The position numbers and the translations under genes were made by a program. Below, one piece after another: positions 9,580-20,506 of a stretch of DNA of 64,000 bases. The notes under the pieces were generated by a model. It did no database searches, was not told the DNA's origin, and saw only the letters and a program-made list of their open reading frames with translations. Source of the stretch: Candidatus Latescibacterota bacterium (GTDB taxonomy: Bacteria; Latescibacterota; UBA2968; UBA8231). The number at the start of each line of letters is the position of its first letter. Positions within the stretch are counted from its first letter, which is position 1. The stretch lies in assembly GCA_965204725.1 (NCBI GenBank), contig OZ242005.1, forward strand, positions 4,352,001 to 4,416,000, written 5' to 3'.

Positions 9580-10095
9580 ATGCTTAGCGAAAAAATACAA
9601 CAAGCCCTCAACGATCAGCTTAACTCCGAGTTTGCCTCGGCCTATACGTATTTGTCGCTGGCGGCCTATTTTGAAGACCTAGAGCTCAATGGGTTCGCTC
9701 ACTGGATGAAAATTCAGTACCAAGAGGAGCTGATGCACGCCGAACGGATCTACGCCTTCATCAACGACCGCGATGGCCGCGTGCGCTTGCAGGCCCTCGC
9801 CGCGCCCCGCAACGAGTGGGACTCGCCGCTGGACGCCTTCAAATACGCCCTAGCAGGCGAGCAAGCTCTGAGTAAGAAAATCTATGCGGTGGTAGATGAG
9901 GCCCTCGCCGAGCGCGACCACGCAACCCATACCTTCATGCAGTGGTTCGTCAACGAGCAGGTGGAGGAGGAGGCCATCGTCCGCAATATCGTCAGCGATA
10001 TGGAGCTGATTATCGAAAGCCGCGATGGCCTCTTTCTAATGGATCGGGATCTAGCGGGCAGGAAGCCGCAGGCCGAAGGAGAAGGCCCTGCTTGA
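9580..10095 (+). CDS. ftnA: Non-heme ferritin
   Basis: ALNDQLNSEFASAYTYL, EELMHAER, FMQWFVNEQVEEE ferroxidase motifs; RBS AAAGGA before ATG 9580. Confidence 0.93.
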   Translation: MLSEKIQQALNDQLNSEFASAYTYLSLAAYFEDLELNGFAHWMKIQYQEELMHAERIYAFINDRDGRVRLQALAAPRNEWDSPLDAFKYALAGEQALSKKIYAVVDEALAERDHATHTFMQWFVNEQVEEEAIVRNIVSDMELIIESRDGLFLMDRDLAGRKPQAEGEGPA

Positions 10096-10112
10096 CCGGC
10101 CCGGTCTTTTTT
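10094..10112 (+). terminator. Putative intrinsic terminator after ferritin
   Basis: GACCG-GCC-CGGTC hairpin followed by a T6 tract. Confidence 0.55.
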
Positions 10113-10118
10113 GCCTAT

Positions 10119-10149
10119 GAGGCGTCATCCCGCGCAAGCGGGAATCCAG
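10119..10149. repeat. CGTC-tagged REP-like palindrome, copy 1
   Basis: GAGGCGTCATCCCGCGCAAGCGGGAATCCAG between convergent genes; related copy at 52146..52204. Confidence 0.75.
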
Positions 10150-10197
10150 CCGGGATCGTTTAGACCCAAAGGACGACACCAGAGTTTCAAGCCGCTT

Positions 10198-12126
10198 CTA
10201 AAAAGCAAAATTGAAGCCCAGCGTGGGAATGATGGGCAACTGTTTGATCTTTCGTGGATCCACTTCGGGTTCAACCGAGTCAAGCTGCACAAACCACTCG
10301 TTGCGGCGGCTGTACATATTGAATATCTGCACATAGAACTCGCTGTCGGCTCCCCACAGCTCAAACGACCGGCAGGTGCTGACATTGAGGCGATGATAGG
10401 GCCGCAGGCGAGCGCTGTTGCGCCCAGCAGGAGACGCGGAAGGGGGCGTAAACGCCTGTCCCGTGGCGTACACCCAGTTCGCGCCGAGCCGCCAAGCTCC
10501 CACCTTGTAGGAGGCGACAAAAGACAGGTCGTGGCGGCGGTCGTGCTTGGGGGGAAAGGACCGACCGGCATTGAGCTCGGGGAACGTCCGCCGCGTCCAA
10601 CCCAGCGCGTAGCCTACCCAGCCGGTGAGCGCGCCGGTGCGCCGCTGCCAAAACACCTCCAGCCCCCCCGACCAACCCCGGCCGCCGCTTTTGAACACAG
10701 CGTCCGAGCGCGTGTCTTCGTTGTCAATAGCCACTTCGGTATCCTCTACCACTAGATTGGCGAGGTCCGTGTAATAAGCCGTCACAGAAAGCTGGTAGCG
10801 CGGCGAAGGGGTCCACTCAACGCCGGTGACGGCCTGATAGGATCGACCCGGCTCGACCGTGCCGTCCAAAGGCACCCAGAAGTCGCCGCCGCGGAAGGCT
10901 TCTGTGGTGATCAGTTGCAGGTGTTGGCGGTACACCCCGCCAGCGGCCGTAACCCGGATTTTGTCGCTCAACGCCCGGCTCAAGGCCAGCCGCGGTGCGA
11001 AGTGCCAGCGATTGCCTGCACTGAAGTACGTCCCGCGCCCGCCCAGCCGCACCCACGTGGTCGGCCCGAGCCGCCACTCGTCCTGCACGTAGCCCTCCAC
11101 CAGCACCGGCTCTGGGCGCAAGTCGAGCTGAGTCCGCTCGTTGAAGGATCGGGTAAAGTGAAATTCAAATAGGGTGGCCAAAAAGCCCAAAGAAAGCGTG
11201 TGATCGCGGTTGGCGAAGTAATCCAAATCGCCCTTGAGCGACAAATCGCGGATGCGGTTGGCGATGCGGACGGGCGCGTCGAGAAAATGGAGCGCGATGA
11301 TGCTTTCGTACGACGAGCCAGCCGCCATAAAGTGGCCGAATAGGGCCGGCGAGAACACCCGCGTCCAGTGCGCGGTCAGGGCGCGGTTTCCCCAGCGCAG
11401 ATGGACGAAGGACTCTCCATCGTCTTCAAAATCCATCCGCAAGTCGTCTCGTCCCCAGTACGTGCTCGCGGTGTAGGTGTCGTCGCCGCGCCGCTGGTTG
11501 ACTTTGCCATTGAAGTCGTAGAAGAAATAGTTCGAGGGGATGTCCTCCCCGCGGGCGCGGAGGGCACTAAACACGCCGTCTAAGTAGGTGCGGCGCCCGG
11601 CTAGCATCCACGACCCTTGGCCCACCGGCCCTTCGGCCAGCAAGCGCCCCGAAATCAAGCTCACGCCGCCGCGGCCGCTAGTTCGCTTGCGGTTGCCCTC
11701 GCGGCTGCTCACGTCGAGCACCGCTCCGAGTGCCCGGCCATACTGAGCGGGGTAGGCTCCCTTGTACAGATTGACCTCCTTGATGGCGTCCGGGTTAAAG
11801 GTGGAGAAGAAGCCGAAAAGGTGCGAGGGATTGTACAGGGGGGTGTGGTCGAGCAAGATGGCTGTCTGGCCGGGGTCGCCGCCGCGCACGTACAGGCCGC
11901 TGCTCATATCCGAAGTCGCTTGGATGCCCGGCAGTAGCTGTAAGCCGCGCAAAAAGTCGGCCTCGCCGAGAGCGGGTAATTGCTGCAACGGCTGGGCGCG
12001 GAGGCTAACGCGCTCGGCCTCCACCGCGACCTCTGCGCCCGCGTCCTCCGGCTTGGTCTCCGCCGCCGCCGACCCAGCCCAGAGAAGCCACGCGGCCAGC
12101 ACTAGCGCATTTTTTGGTCCCTTCAC
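10198..12126 (-). CDS. TonB-dependent receptor (plug + barrel)
   Basis: Signal peptide; plug motifs LQLLPGI, LYVRGG, NPSHLFGFFSTFNPDAI, YKGAYPAQYG; C-terminal Phe (GFNFAF); GTG start. Confidence 0.88.
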   Translation of the reverse strand: MKGPKNALVLAAWLLWAGSAAAETKPEDAGAEVAVEAERVSLRAQPLQQLPALGEADFLRGLQLLPGIQATSDMSSGLYVRGGDPGQTAILLDHTPLYNPSHLFGFFSTFNPDAIKEVNLYKGAYPAQYGRALGAVLDVSSREGNRKRTSGRGGVSLISGRLLAEGPVGQGSWMLAGRRTYLDGVFSALRARGEDIPSNYFFYDFNGKVNQRRGDDTYTASTYWGRDDLRMDFEDDGESFVHLRWGNRALTAHWTRVFSPALFGHFMAAGSSYESIIALHFLDAPVRIANRIRDLSLKGDLDYFANRDHTLSLGFLATLFEFHFTRSFNERTQLDLRPEPVLVEGYVQDEWRLGPTTWVRLGGRGTYFSAGNRWHFAPRLALSRALSDKIRVTAAGGVYRQHLQLITTEAFRGGDFWVPLDGTVEPGRSYQAVTGVEWTPSPRYQLSVTAYYTDLANLVVEDTEVAIDNEDTRSDAVFKSGGRGWSGGLEVFWQRRTGALTGWVGYALGWTRRTFPELNAGRSFPPKHDRRHDLSFVASYKVGAWRLGANWVYATGQAFTPPSASPAGRNSARLRPYHRLNVSTCRSFELWGADSEFYVQIFNMYSRRNEWFVQLDSVEPEVDPRKIKQLPIIPTLGFNFAF

Positions 12127-12185
12127 TATCTTGGCGCGGTTTTGCGATTCTTTGTCATTTGCTCTAATCTGCTTGGAACCAAGGA

Positions 12186-12211
12186 TTAGGGCAACTAAAT
12201 AGGGCTACTAT
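12186..12211. promoter_or_regulatory. Tandem 13-bp palindromes upstream of the TonB receptor; candidate repressor operator
   Basis: TTAG-GGCAA-CTAA immediately followed by ATAG-GGCTA-CTAT, in an AT-rich divergent intergenic region. Confidence 0.4.
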
Positions 12212-12309
12212 TAGGTATGGTTTGAAAAGTCCACCGTCGTTATACTTGAAACCCCCAAGCCCAAAAAGTGTCTGCCGTATTCACCGCCACGCAAAAGGAC
12301 GGCCGCTCC

Positions 12310-13644
12310 ATGACTACCGACCGCATTTTCCACCGCGTCATTACCGACAACTGGCCGCAAATTTCCCACGGCAAAGCCTGCTATCTCTATGCCGAAGACG
12401 GCCGCGCTTACCTCGATGCTTGCGCCGGCGTCCACGTGGTCTCCATCGGCCACGGCGTCCCGGAGATCGCTGAGGTCATGCGGGAGCAGGCGAACAAGGT
12501 CTGCTTTACCTACGCCCGCTTCCTCACTCAACCGCAAATCGACCTTGCCGACAAAATCGCCGCCATGGCCCCCGGCGACCTCAACCGCGTTTTCTTCGTC
12601 TCCGGCGGCTCCGAAGCCACGGAGTCCGCGCTCAAGATCGCCCGCAAGTACCACGTCGAGACCGGCAACCCAAAGAAGTACAAGGTCGTCACCCGCTGGC
12701 AGAGCTGGCACGGCAATACCATCGGCGCGCTTTCCATGTCGGGCCGTTCCACTTGGCGCGAGGACTACGTGCCCTATCTGCTCGACTTTCCGCACATCGC
12801 CTTCCCCCACCCCAATCACTGCCCGTACTGCCGCGATCGACCCGCCTGTACGCTCGCCTGCGCCGAAGAACTGGAGCGGGTCATCAAACAGGAGGGCAGC
12901 GAGTACATCGCCGCCTTCATCGCTGAACCCATCCCGGGCACTTCTTGCTGCGGCCTAATGCCGCCGCCCGACTACTTCCCCACCATCCGCGCAATATGCG
13001 ACCGCTACAACATCCTGATGATCATCGACGAAGTCGTCACCGGCTACGGACGCACGGGCCTCAACTTTGGCATTGAGCACTGGGACGCTATTCCAGACAT
13101 CATGGCCACCGGCAAGGGCCTCAGCAGCGGGTACACACCCATTGCCGCCACCCTAGTCCGCGACGAGATCTACGATGGGATCTACAAGCGACAAAACCAC
13201 TACGTCCACGGGCACACCTACGGCGGCAATCCGCTCTCTTGCGCCGTTGCGCTCGCCGTGCAGGACTACATCCAAGCCCACGACCTAGTCGCCCGCTGCG
13301 CCCAGATGGGGGCCTTAATGCTGGAGAAGATGCAGCCTTTAATGGACTCTCCCATAGTCAGTGCCGTGCGCGGCAAGGGCCTGCTCACCGGCGTGGAGTT
13401 CGCAAAGGACAAGGCGACCCACACTCCCTTCGACCCCGCTCAGGGCGTGGCGGCCGCGGTCGTCAATCGCGCCTTTGCCAAAGGCGTTCTCATCATGCCC
13501 GGGTCGCCCGGGTTAATCGATGGCGTCAGCGGCGATCACATTGCCATCAGTCCGCCCTTTACCATTGGCGAAGAACAGGTCGAGGAAATCGCGCAGGTGA
13601 TCGCGGACGTGGTGGGAGAAATGGAACGGGAATTGGGATATTGA
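12310..13644 (+). CDS. Class III PLP-dependent aminotransferase
   Basis: SGGSEATESA, SWHGNT, FIAEPIPG, IIDEVVTGYGRTG, ATGKGLSSGYTP, HGHTYGGNP. Confidence 0.92.
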   Translation: MTTDRIFHRVITDNWPQISHGKACYLYAEDGRAYLDACAGVHVVSIGHGVPEIAEVMREQANKVCFTYARFLTQPQIDLADKIAAMAPGDLNRVFFVSGGSEATESALKIARKYHVETGNPKKYKVVTRWQSWHGNTIGALSMSGRSTWREDYVPYLLDFPHIAFPHPNHCPYCRDRPACTLACAEELERVIKQEGSEYIAAFIAEPIPGTSCCGLMPPPDYFPTIRAICDRYNILMIIDEVVTGYGRTGLNFGIEHWDAIPDIMATGKGLSSGYTPIAATLVRDEIYDGIYKRQNHYVHGHTYGGNPLSCAVALAVQDYIQAHDLVARCAQMGALMLEKMQPLMDSPIVSAVRGKGLLTGVEFAKDKATHTPFDPAQGVAAAVVNRAFAKGVLIMPGSPGLIDGVSGDHIAISPPFTIGEEQVEEIAQVIADVVGEMERELGY

Positions 13645-13689
13645 GCCAGAAAAAACCGCGCATCTACATTGCCCGTAAGGAGGATTACC

Positions 13690-14772
13690 ATGAAACTCGG
13701 CACCTTTATGATGCCCTTGCATCCGCCGGAAAAGGACCGCACCGAATGTTTTGCCGAGGACGTCGAGTTCGTCGTCCGCGCCGACCAGCTTGGCTTCACC
13801 GAAGCTTGGATCGGCCAACATCACACCGTGGCTTGGGAGCCGATCCCGTCCAACGACCTCTTCATCGCCCACGTTCTGCCCCTGACGCAAAACATCCGTT
13901 TAGGCACGGGCGTCTCCATCATGCCGCAGCACCACCCGGTCAATGTCGCCGTGCGCTTGGCCTTTCTCGACCACCTGTCCAAGGGCCGCCTCAACTGCGG
14001 TTTCGGCCAAGGTGGCGTCGCGACCGACTGGGGCCTTTTTGATCTGCCCGATCCCAAGACGCAAGGGCTGATGACCGTTGAGAGTATCGACATGGTCCTC
14101 AAGCTCTGGCAGGCGGAGGCCCCTTTTGACTTTGCGGGGGATTTCTACCGCATCAAAATTGAGGAGCCGCAGCCCGAGCTCGGCATCGGTCAGCTGCTCA
14201 AGCCCTACCAGCACCCGCACCCGCCCATTGGTATGAGCGTGATAAAAGGCGACTCCATGGCCGCGACCATGGCGGGCCAGCGGGGCTATCTACCCATCAG
14301 CACCAACCTCGTCGCTCCTTCGACCTTGACCCAGCACTGGCAGACCTACAGCACCGGCGCCGCCGAGGCCGGTTTGCCGACGCCCGAGCGCACTCGCTGG
14401 CGCATCTCGCGCAGCATCCTCGTCGCCGATGACGAAGCGTGCGCTTGGGACTACGCCCTCGACGAGAAGAGTGCTTTCAACCGCGCCTTTGAATACCTGA
14501 TTGCCGTACTCAGCGGCGCCAAAATGCTCCACATTACAAAGCACGACCCGGCGGTCCCCGACGAGGAGGTCACGCCCGAATACCTGATCAAGAACCTGTG
14601 CATAATAGGCGACGTACCGTCGTGCGTCCGTCAGCTAGAGCACTTGTGGGAGACGACCGGGGGCTTCGACACGCTACTGATGATCGCCCACGACTGGGAC
14701 GACCGCCCGCTATGGGAGCACTCCATGGACCTGCTCGCCAACCAAGTCGTGCCGAAATTGCCTTCGGTCTAG
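13690..14772 (+). CDS. LLM-class (luciferase-like) flavin-dependent oxidoreductase
   Basis: MKLGTFMMPLHP, GFTEAWIGQHH, IRLGTGV, LDHLSKGRLNCGFG; RBS AAGGAGG. Confidence 0.9.
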   Translation: MKLGTFMMPLHPPEKDRTECFAEDVEFVVRADQLGFTEAWIGQHHTVAWEPIPSNDLFIAHVLPLTQNIRLGTGVSIMPQHHPVNVAVRLAFLDHLSKGRLNCGFGQGGVATDWGLFDLPDPKTQGLMTVESIDMVLKLWQAEAPFDFAGDFYRIKIEEPQPELGIGQLLKPYQHPHPPIGMSVIKGDSMAATMAGQRGYLPISTNLVAPSTLTQHWQTYSTGAAEAGLPTPERTRWRISRSILVADDEACAWDYALDEKSAFNRAFEYLIAVLSGAKMLHITKHDPAVPDEEVTPEYLIKNLCIIGDVPSCVRQLEHLWETTGGFDTLLMIAHDWDDRPLWEHSMDLLANQVVPKLPSV

Positions 14773-14865
14773 GGGAATGTAGCTTTGGATGGCTTCTGGG
14801 CCGCAAATTCTCCGTGAGCCGAAGTAGAACTCGGCGACTGCATCGCAGACTTGAAAGGCGACAAT

Positions 14866-15459
14866 ATGCCTGCAACGATTCTCGACAGGTGGGATATGAC
14901 CCCGGAAGAGCTTACGAAGCTAGTAGAGGACAACCCTAGCCTTCGCGGCATGATTCTGGGGTACTTGGCGGAACTCAAGCTCGAAAAGCTCTGGCTGTCG
15001 GGCGACAACGTTTCAGAGGTCACCAAGCACGATGACCACAATAGAAAGAAGAAGGGCGACCGAGTTATCCGGTACAAGGGACAGGAGTTCATTTTTGAAT
15101 CGAAATCGCTACAAAGCGCGACGATTGAGAAGACCCAAGAGGGATGGAAGGGAAAGGCCCAAGTCGATGCAAGCGATCGCCGGGAGATAGTGCTTCCAGA
15201 CAACAGCCGCGTAACGACAACTTGTCTGCGAAAGGGGGAGTTCGATATTCTCGCGGTCAACGTATTTGCGTTTGAAGAGAAATGGCGGTTTGTCTTTGCC
15301 AAGAACTCTGATCTTCCCATGTCAGGTTATCGGAAGTATAGCCCATATCAACGCCAGCACCTTTTGGCGACCCTTGTAACCGTCCATTGGCCCCCGAGAC
15401 CGCCATTCAGCGACGAGCCTTTCACGCTTATGAATGAGATCATTCAGAAGCGCATCTGA
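14866..15459 (+). CDS. Putative type II restriction endonuclease (PD-(D/E)xK)
   Basis: Lower GC; GYLAE ... KKGD ... FESK fits an E..D..ExK catalytic pattern; convergent with and overlapping a DNA methyltransferase. Confidence 0.65.
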   Translation: MPATILDRWDMTPEELTKLVEDNPSLRGMILGYLAELKLEKLWLSGDNVSEVTKHDDHNRKKKGDRVIRYKGQEFIFESKSLQSATIEKTQEGWKGKAQVDASDRREIVLPDNSRVTTTCLRKGEFDILAVNVFAFEEKWRFVFAKNSDLPMSGYRKYSPYQRQHLLATLVTVHWPPRPPFSDEPFTLMNEIIQKRI

Positions 15460-16217
15460 TCAGCGGTCTTTCCTTTGGGGACTTTTATGAATACAAGAAA
15501 GTAGGAATGGTTCTTTCTCGCGTGGACCTGTTTGAGAACGCGACTCATTCCAGGTTTGTTTGGGCGAACGACGACGAATAGATCTTTGCAGAAGAATCCA
15601 AGCTCGGCATAGGCGTTGATGATTTCAACGTGGGTCAGGTTCTGACGGTTCGCGCTGACTTCATCTTGACACTTTACGATCAATACGCCTCGGTCGCGCA
15701 ACACTCGGTGGGCCTCGCGCCCGCTCTCCTCATAGAGTTCTACAACCGCAGCATGCCACCTCCCGCCGCCGCGCACTGGTGCCTCATGTCCGTTGGAATA
15801 GTGGTCTCTAAAGGCATTGTGTGTCCCCGCGCCTGCTTTGATCGCGTTTCCGCTGCGGAAGAACCCTTCCATGTAGGGCGGGTCGAGGACGAGTGCATCG
15901 AATGACTCGCTTTTGTATGGGAGATTGCGACAGTCTGTGCCATCGGCGATATCGGACGGATGCAAGTCGTACTTTGAAGTGTCGATGTTGCGCCAGAAGA
16001 CGCCCTTGCCAAATGTCACGTCGGCGATTTTGGCCCCCTCCTCAATGTGCAGCCTTAAAACAGCCGGGAACACATCCGCGTTATTTCCGATGTACGCGGA
16101 GAAGACTAGGTTTGTCGTGGCGTTTCCAGCGGGGCTTTTTCGGCCAGATGGCGTCCTGCTCTCGCTCATGCCAAAGTCAAGCTCTGACTGGCTCGCGTTC
16201 ATGCTACTTTTTCTCAC
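15444..16217 (-). CDS. Small DNA amino-methyltransferase (m6A/m4C)
   Basis: SAM-binding motif ADVTFGKG followed by catalytic LDPPY; start uncertain (GTG 16217, ATG 16202 or ATG 16169). Confidence 0.82.
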   Translation of the reverse strand: MRKSSMNASQSELDFGMSESRTPSGRKSPAGNATTNLVFSAYIGNNADVFPAVLRLHIEEGAKIADVTFGKGVFWRNIDTSKYDLHPSDIADGTDCRNLPYKSESFDALVLDPPYMEGFFRSGNAIKAGAGTHNAFRDHYSNGHEAPVRGGGRWHAAVVELYEESGREAHRVLRDRGVLIVKCQDEVSANRQNLTHVEIINAYAELGFFCKDLFVVVRPNKPGMSRVLKQVHARKNHSYFLVFIKVPKGKTADQMRF

Positions 16218-16474
16218 TTCACTTTGTTGGGAAGGCGAATACTTAAAGGACGAATCCGAAGCTAGCCGAATGGGAGAACCCCGTCAACGCCTAAGACGCC
16301 TCTATCGGCCTGTTAAAGCCCTCGCCTGTTGGCCCAATGCGAATTATGCGTCGTCAAGATAGACAAGGCCCGCGCTCCGGCCAATCGGCGTCGGTAGCCG
16401 TAAATGCCTTTTCTGGTTAATTTTATGGGCCTACTTTCACTGATTTTCCATTTTATCACCCTCACTCTAAACGG

Positions 16475-18307
16475 ATGATTCTCATGCGGACCGTGCGCTC
16501 ACTAGTTCTCTGCTTTATCCTCGCCTCGGTTGCAGATGCTGCCGACAGCCCCGTTTCCCACACCCACGCCATCACGCTCTACGGCGATCCCAAATACGGG
16601 CCTGATTTTACCCACTTCGACTACGTCAATCCCGACGCCCCCAAAGGCGGCGAAATCCGCCTCGCCGCTATCGGCACCTACGACAACCTCAACCCCTTCA
16701 CCCTCAAGGGGGTCGCCGCGGCCGGTTCGCTGATGCTCTACAACCGGCTCTGCACCAAGTCCCAGGACGAGCCATTCACCGAATACGGCCAGCTCGCCGC
16801 GCAGATCCAGATGCCGGAAGACCGCTCTTGGGTCGTCTTTGAAACCCATCCCGCAGCGCACTGGCACGATGGCGTCCCGGTGACCGCGGCCGACGTGATC
16901 TTCAGCTTTGAAATCCTCACCACCAAGGGCATCCCGTTCTTTCGCACCTTCTACGCCGATGTCGATACCGTCTTCGCGCTCGACGAGCGTCGGGTGAAGT
17001 TCGCGTTCAAAGAGGGGACCAACCGCGAAATGCCGCTGATCATCGGCCAGTTGCGCGTATTGCCCAAGCACTATTGGGAAGGGCGCGAATTTGCGGCCAC
17101 CACGCTTGAGCCTCCTCTGGGCAGCGGTCCGTACAAGATCGTCGAATTCGAGCCGGGCCGCTCCATAACCTATGAGCGCGTCGCAAACTACTGGGGCCGC
17201 GACCTGCCCGTTCACAAGGGCCGGCACAACTTCGACCGCATCCGCTACGAGTACTACCGAGACCAAACTGTGGCCATTGAAGCCTTCAAGACGGGAGCGT
17301 ACGACTGGCGCCTGTTGGGCAACTCCAAGGAATGGGCCACCGCCTACGAAAGTTTCGCGCCGATCGCCGAGGGGCATGTAATCAAGGTGCAGATTCCGCA
17401 CCAACTCATCCGCGGCATGTCGGGCTTTGCGTTCAACACCCGGCGCGACAAGTTCAAAGACCCCAAGGTGCGGCAGGCTCTCGCCTATGCCTACGACTTT
17501 GAATGGACCAACAAGAACCTGTTCTACGGCCTTCTCACCCGCAGCACCAGCTATTGGGGGAACTCAGACCTTGGGGCGTCGGGGCTGCCGTCGGGCCGGG
17601 AGTTGGAAATTTTGGCGGAGTACCGGGGGCGGATCCCCGACGAGGTGTTTACCACGGCCTACGCGCCGCCAGCCACCAACGGCTCGGGCCAGCTCCGCCA
17701 AAACCTGCGCACGGCTAAAAAACTGCTCGCCGAAGCCGGCTGGACCGTCGTCAATGGGGAGCTGGTCCACGCCGCGACGGGCGAGGTAATGCGCTTTGAA
17801 TTCTTGCTCGGCTCCTCGTCGTACGAGCGCGTCCTCAGCCCGCTCGTGCAAAACCTCAAACGCCTCGGCGTTGAGGCGACCATCCGCACCGTTGACGCGG
17901 CCCAATACCAGAATCGCGTCCAAGACTTCGACTTCGACCTTATTGCCGCCTCGTGGCGTCAGACCTTGAGTCCGGGCAACGAGCAGCGCAACTTCTGGTC
18001 GAGTGTGGCCGCGCAATCTGCGGGCAGCCGCAATTACGCTGGCATCGCCGATCCGGTCATCGACGAGCTAATCGAGCGCCAAATCGCCGCGCCCGACCGC
18101 CCAACCCAAGTCGCGATAACCCACGCCCTCGACCGCATCTTGCTCTGGAGCCACTACGTAATCCCCGACTCGCACAGCCGCTCCTATCGCTTGGCCTACT
18201 GGAACAAGCTCGGGCGGATGCCAAAGCCGGCCCCCAATGGGCTGGGCTTTCCCGACACTTGGTGGTACGACGCAGAGAAGGCCGCACGGCTCGAACAGGA
18301 CCGCTAG
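16475..18307 (+). CDS. yejA: Peptide ABC transporter substrate-binding protein (YejA-like)
   Basis: [39 protein letters not shown]-terminal DTWW. Confidence 0.9.
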   Translation: MILMRTVRSLVLCFILASVADAADSPVSHTHAITLYGDPKYGPDFTHFDYVNPDAPKGGEIRLAAIGTYDNLNPFTLKGVAAAGSLMLYNRLCTKSQDEPFTEYGQLAAQIQMPEDRSWVVFETHPAAHWHDGVPVTAADVIFSFEILTTKGIPFFRTFYADVDTVFALDERRVKFAFKEGTNREMPLIIGQLRVLPKHYWEGREFAATTLEPPLGSGPYKIVEFEPGRSITYERVANYWGRDLPVHKGRHNFDRIRYEYYRDQTVAIEAFKTGAYDWRLLGNSKEWATAYESFAPIAEGHVIKVQIPHQLIRGMSGFAFNTRRDKFKDPKVRQALAYAYDFEWTNKNLFYGLLTRSTSYWGNSDLGASGLPSGRELEILAEYRGRIPDEVFTTAYAPPATNGSGQLRQNLRTAKKLLAEAGWTVVNGELVHAATGEVMRFEFLLGSSSYERVLSPLVQNLKRLGVEATIRTVDAAQYQNRVQDFDFDLIAASWRQTLSPGNEQRNFWSSVAAQSAGSRNYAGIADPVIDELIERQIAAPDRPTQVAITHALDRILLWSHYVIPDSHSRSYRLAYWNKLGRMPKPAPNGLGFPDTWWYDAEKAARLEQDR

Positions 18308-18317
18308 CCCACCTTTT

Positions 18318-19421
18318 ATGGGCACTTATATCCTCCGCCGCCTGCTGTTGATGGTGCCGACCATCTTAGGCATCATGACCATCAACTTCCTCATCATCCA
18401 AGCGGCACCGGGCGGCCCGGTCGAGCGCACTATCGCGGTGATTCAGGGCTTTGGGACCGACGCCACAGAGCGGGTCAGCGGCTCGGGCGCAGGAGAAACC
18501 CTCGACACCGACGCGGTTCAGGGCGGCGAGCTCCATAGCAAATACCGCGGGGCCCAAGGGCTCGACCCCGAATTGATCGCCGAACTCGAACGCATGTACG
18601 GTTTTGATAAGCCCGCGCACGAGCGCTTCTTGCAGATGATCGGCCAGTATGTGCGCTTTGAATTTGGCGAGAGCTTTTACCGCGACCAACGGGTCATTGA
18701 CCTAGTCAAAGAGAAGATGCCTGTTTCGATTTCGCTGGGGCTGTGGACCACGTTGCTGGTCTATTGTATCTCCATTCCCCTCGGGATCGCCAAGGCCGTG
18801 CGCGATGGCTCGCGGTTCGATGTCTGGACCTCGGGGCTGGTCATCGTCGGCTACGCGATCCCCAGCTTCCTCTTTGCTATCTTGCTAATCGTGGTCTTTG
18901 CCGGTGGACATTACCTCGACTGGTTTCCGCTGCGTGGACTGACCTCGTCTAATTGGGATGAACTGACCCCCTTCGCCAAGATCGCCGACTACTTCTGGCA
19001 CCTAGCTTTGCCGGTCGCGGCGATGGTCATCGGCGGCTTTGCCGGGCTGACCTTGCTGACCAAAAACTCCTTCCTAGACGAGATCAACAAGCTCTACGTC
19101 ATCACCGCCCGCGCCAAGGGTCTGAGCGAAAACCGGGTGCTCTACGGCCACGTTTTCCGCAACGCCATGCTGATCGTCATCGCCGGCTTCCCTAGTGCTT
19201 TTGTCGATATTTTTTTCACCGGCGCATTGTTGACGGAAATCATCTTCTCGTTGGACGGGTTGGGTTTGTTGGGCTACGAGGCGGCTATTGGCCGCGATTA
19301 CCCGGTGATGTTCGCCACGCTGTATTTCTTCACGTTGCTGGCTATGCTGATGCAGTTGGTGGGCGACCTGACCTACACGCTGGTTGACCGCCGCATCGAC
19401 TTTGAAAGCCGCGAGGCATGA
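18318..19421 (+). CDS. yejB: Peptide ABC transporter permease
   Basis: [45 protein letters not shown]. Confidence 0.92.
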   Translation: MGTYILRRLLLMVPTILGIMTINFLIIQAAPGGPVERTIAVIQGFGTDATERVSGSGAGETLDTDAVQGGELHSKYRGAQGLDPELIAELERMYGFDKPAHERFLQMIGQYVRFEFGESFYRDQRVIDLVKEKMPVSISLGLWTTLLVYCISIPLGIAKAVRDGSRFDVWTSGLVIVGYAIPSFLFAILLIVVFAGGHYLDWFPLRGLTSSNWDELTPFAKIADYFWHLALPVAAMVIGGFAGLTLLTKNSFLDEINKLYVITARAKGLSENRVLYGHVFRNAMLIVIAGFPSAFVDIFFTGALLTEIIFSLDGLGLLGYEAAIGRDYPVMFATLYFFTLLAMLMQLVGDLTYTLVDRRIDFESREA

Positions 19422-20506
19422 GCGCTGTATCCGCCCCACCGTCTCCTCCGACGCGCTTTCTGGGCTTGCAGCTCTCTCGGCTCAACCAACGCCGGCTTGC
19501 CAATTTTCGCCGCAACCGCCGCGGCTTTTGGAGTTTCTGGATCTTCTGGGGACTCTTCGCCGTGAGCTTACCGGCTGAGTTCATCGCCAACGACCGCCCG
19601 CTGATCATTCGCTTTGACGGTAGCTATTACTTCCCGGTCTTGGCGACGTACCCCGAAACGACCTTTGGCGGCGATTTCGCGACCGAGGCCGAATACCGCG
19701 ACCCCTTCGTCGAGGAGCTGATCGAGGAAAAGGGCTGGATCGTGTGGCCGCCGGTGGCCTATAGCTACGACACGGTCAACTACGACCTCAAGCATCCGGC
19801 ACCTTCCCCACCCGACGCTGAAAACTGGCTCGGCACAGACGACCAAGCGCGCGACGTGGTGGCGCGCGTGATCTACGGCTACCGCATCTCAGTGCTCTTC
19901 GGCCTGCTGCTGACGCTCTTTAGTGCTGCGGTCGGCATTGCCGCTGGCGCGGTCCAAGGGTATTTCGGCGGCTGGATAGACCTTCTCTTCCAGCGCTTTA
20001 TCGAAATCTGGCAGGGCTTGCCGCTGCTGTACTTGCTGATCATCCTCGCCAGCGTCGTGGAGCCGAATTTCTGGTGGCTCCTCGGCTTGTTGCTGCTGTT
20101 TCGCTGGATGGGCTTGGTCGGGGTGGTGCGCGCCGAATTTTTGCGGGCACGCAACTTCGACTTCGTCAAAGCGGCCCGCGTGCTCGGCCAGAGCAACCGC
20201 CGCATCATCTGGCGGCACGTGCTGCCCAACGCCATGGTCTCTACCTTGACCTTTTTGCCCTTCGTGCTCACCGGCTCGGTCGCGGTGCTGACCTCGCTCG
20301 ACTTCCTCGGCTTTGGCCTGCCGCCCGGCTCGCCGTCGCTGGGCGAGCTGCTCAACCAAGGCAAGCGCAACCTCCAAGCACCGTGGCTGGGCTTTACGGC
20401 CTTTTTCGCGCTGGCGTTGATGCTCTCCCTCTTGGTCTTTATTGGCGAGGCGGTCCGCGACGCGTTCGACCCGCGCAAGACCTACGCGGGCGAGGGAGGC
20501 CGATGA
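19418..20506 (+). CDS. yejE: Peptide ABC transporter permease
   Basis: [51 protein letters not shown]; ATGA overlap with yejB. Confidence 0.92.
   Translation: MSAVSAPPSPPTRFLGLQLSRLNQRRLANFRRNRRGFWSFWIFWGLFAVSLPAEFIANDRPLIIRFDGSYYFPVLATYPETTFGGDFATEAEYRDPFVEELIEEKGWIVWPPVAYSYDTVNYDLKHPAPSPPDAENWLGTDDQARDVVARVIYGYRISVLFGLLLTLFSAAVGIAAGAVQGYFGGWIDLLFQRFIEIWQGLPLLYLLIILASVVEPNFWWLLGLLLLFRWMGLVGVVRAEFLRARNFDFVKAARVLGQSNRRIIWRHVLPNAMVSTLTFLPFVLTGSVAVLTSLDFLGFGLPPGSPSLGELLNQGKRNLQAPWLGFTAFFALALMLSLLVFIGEAVRDAFDPRKTYAGEGGR

Noticed and set aside
10111-10755. 214-aa plus-strand ORF and many similar long antisense ORFs (e.g. 16502..17404, 39738..40889, 60413..61408)
   Set aside because: Shadows of well-supported genes in GC-rich DNA, with no family motifs
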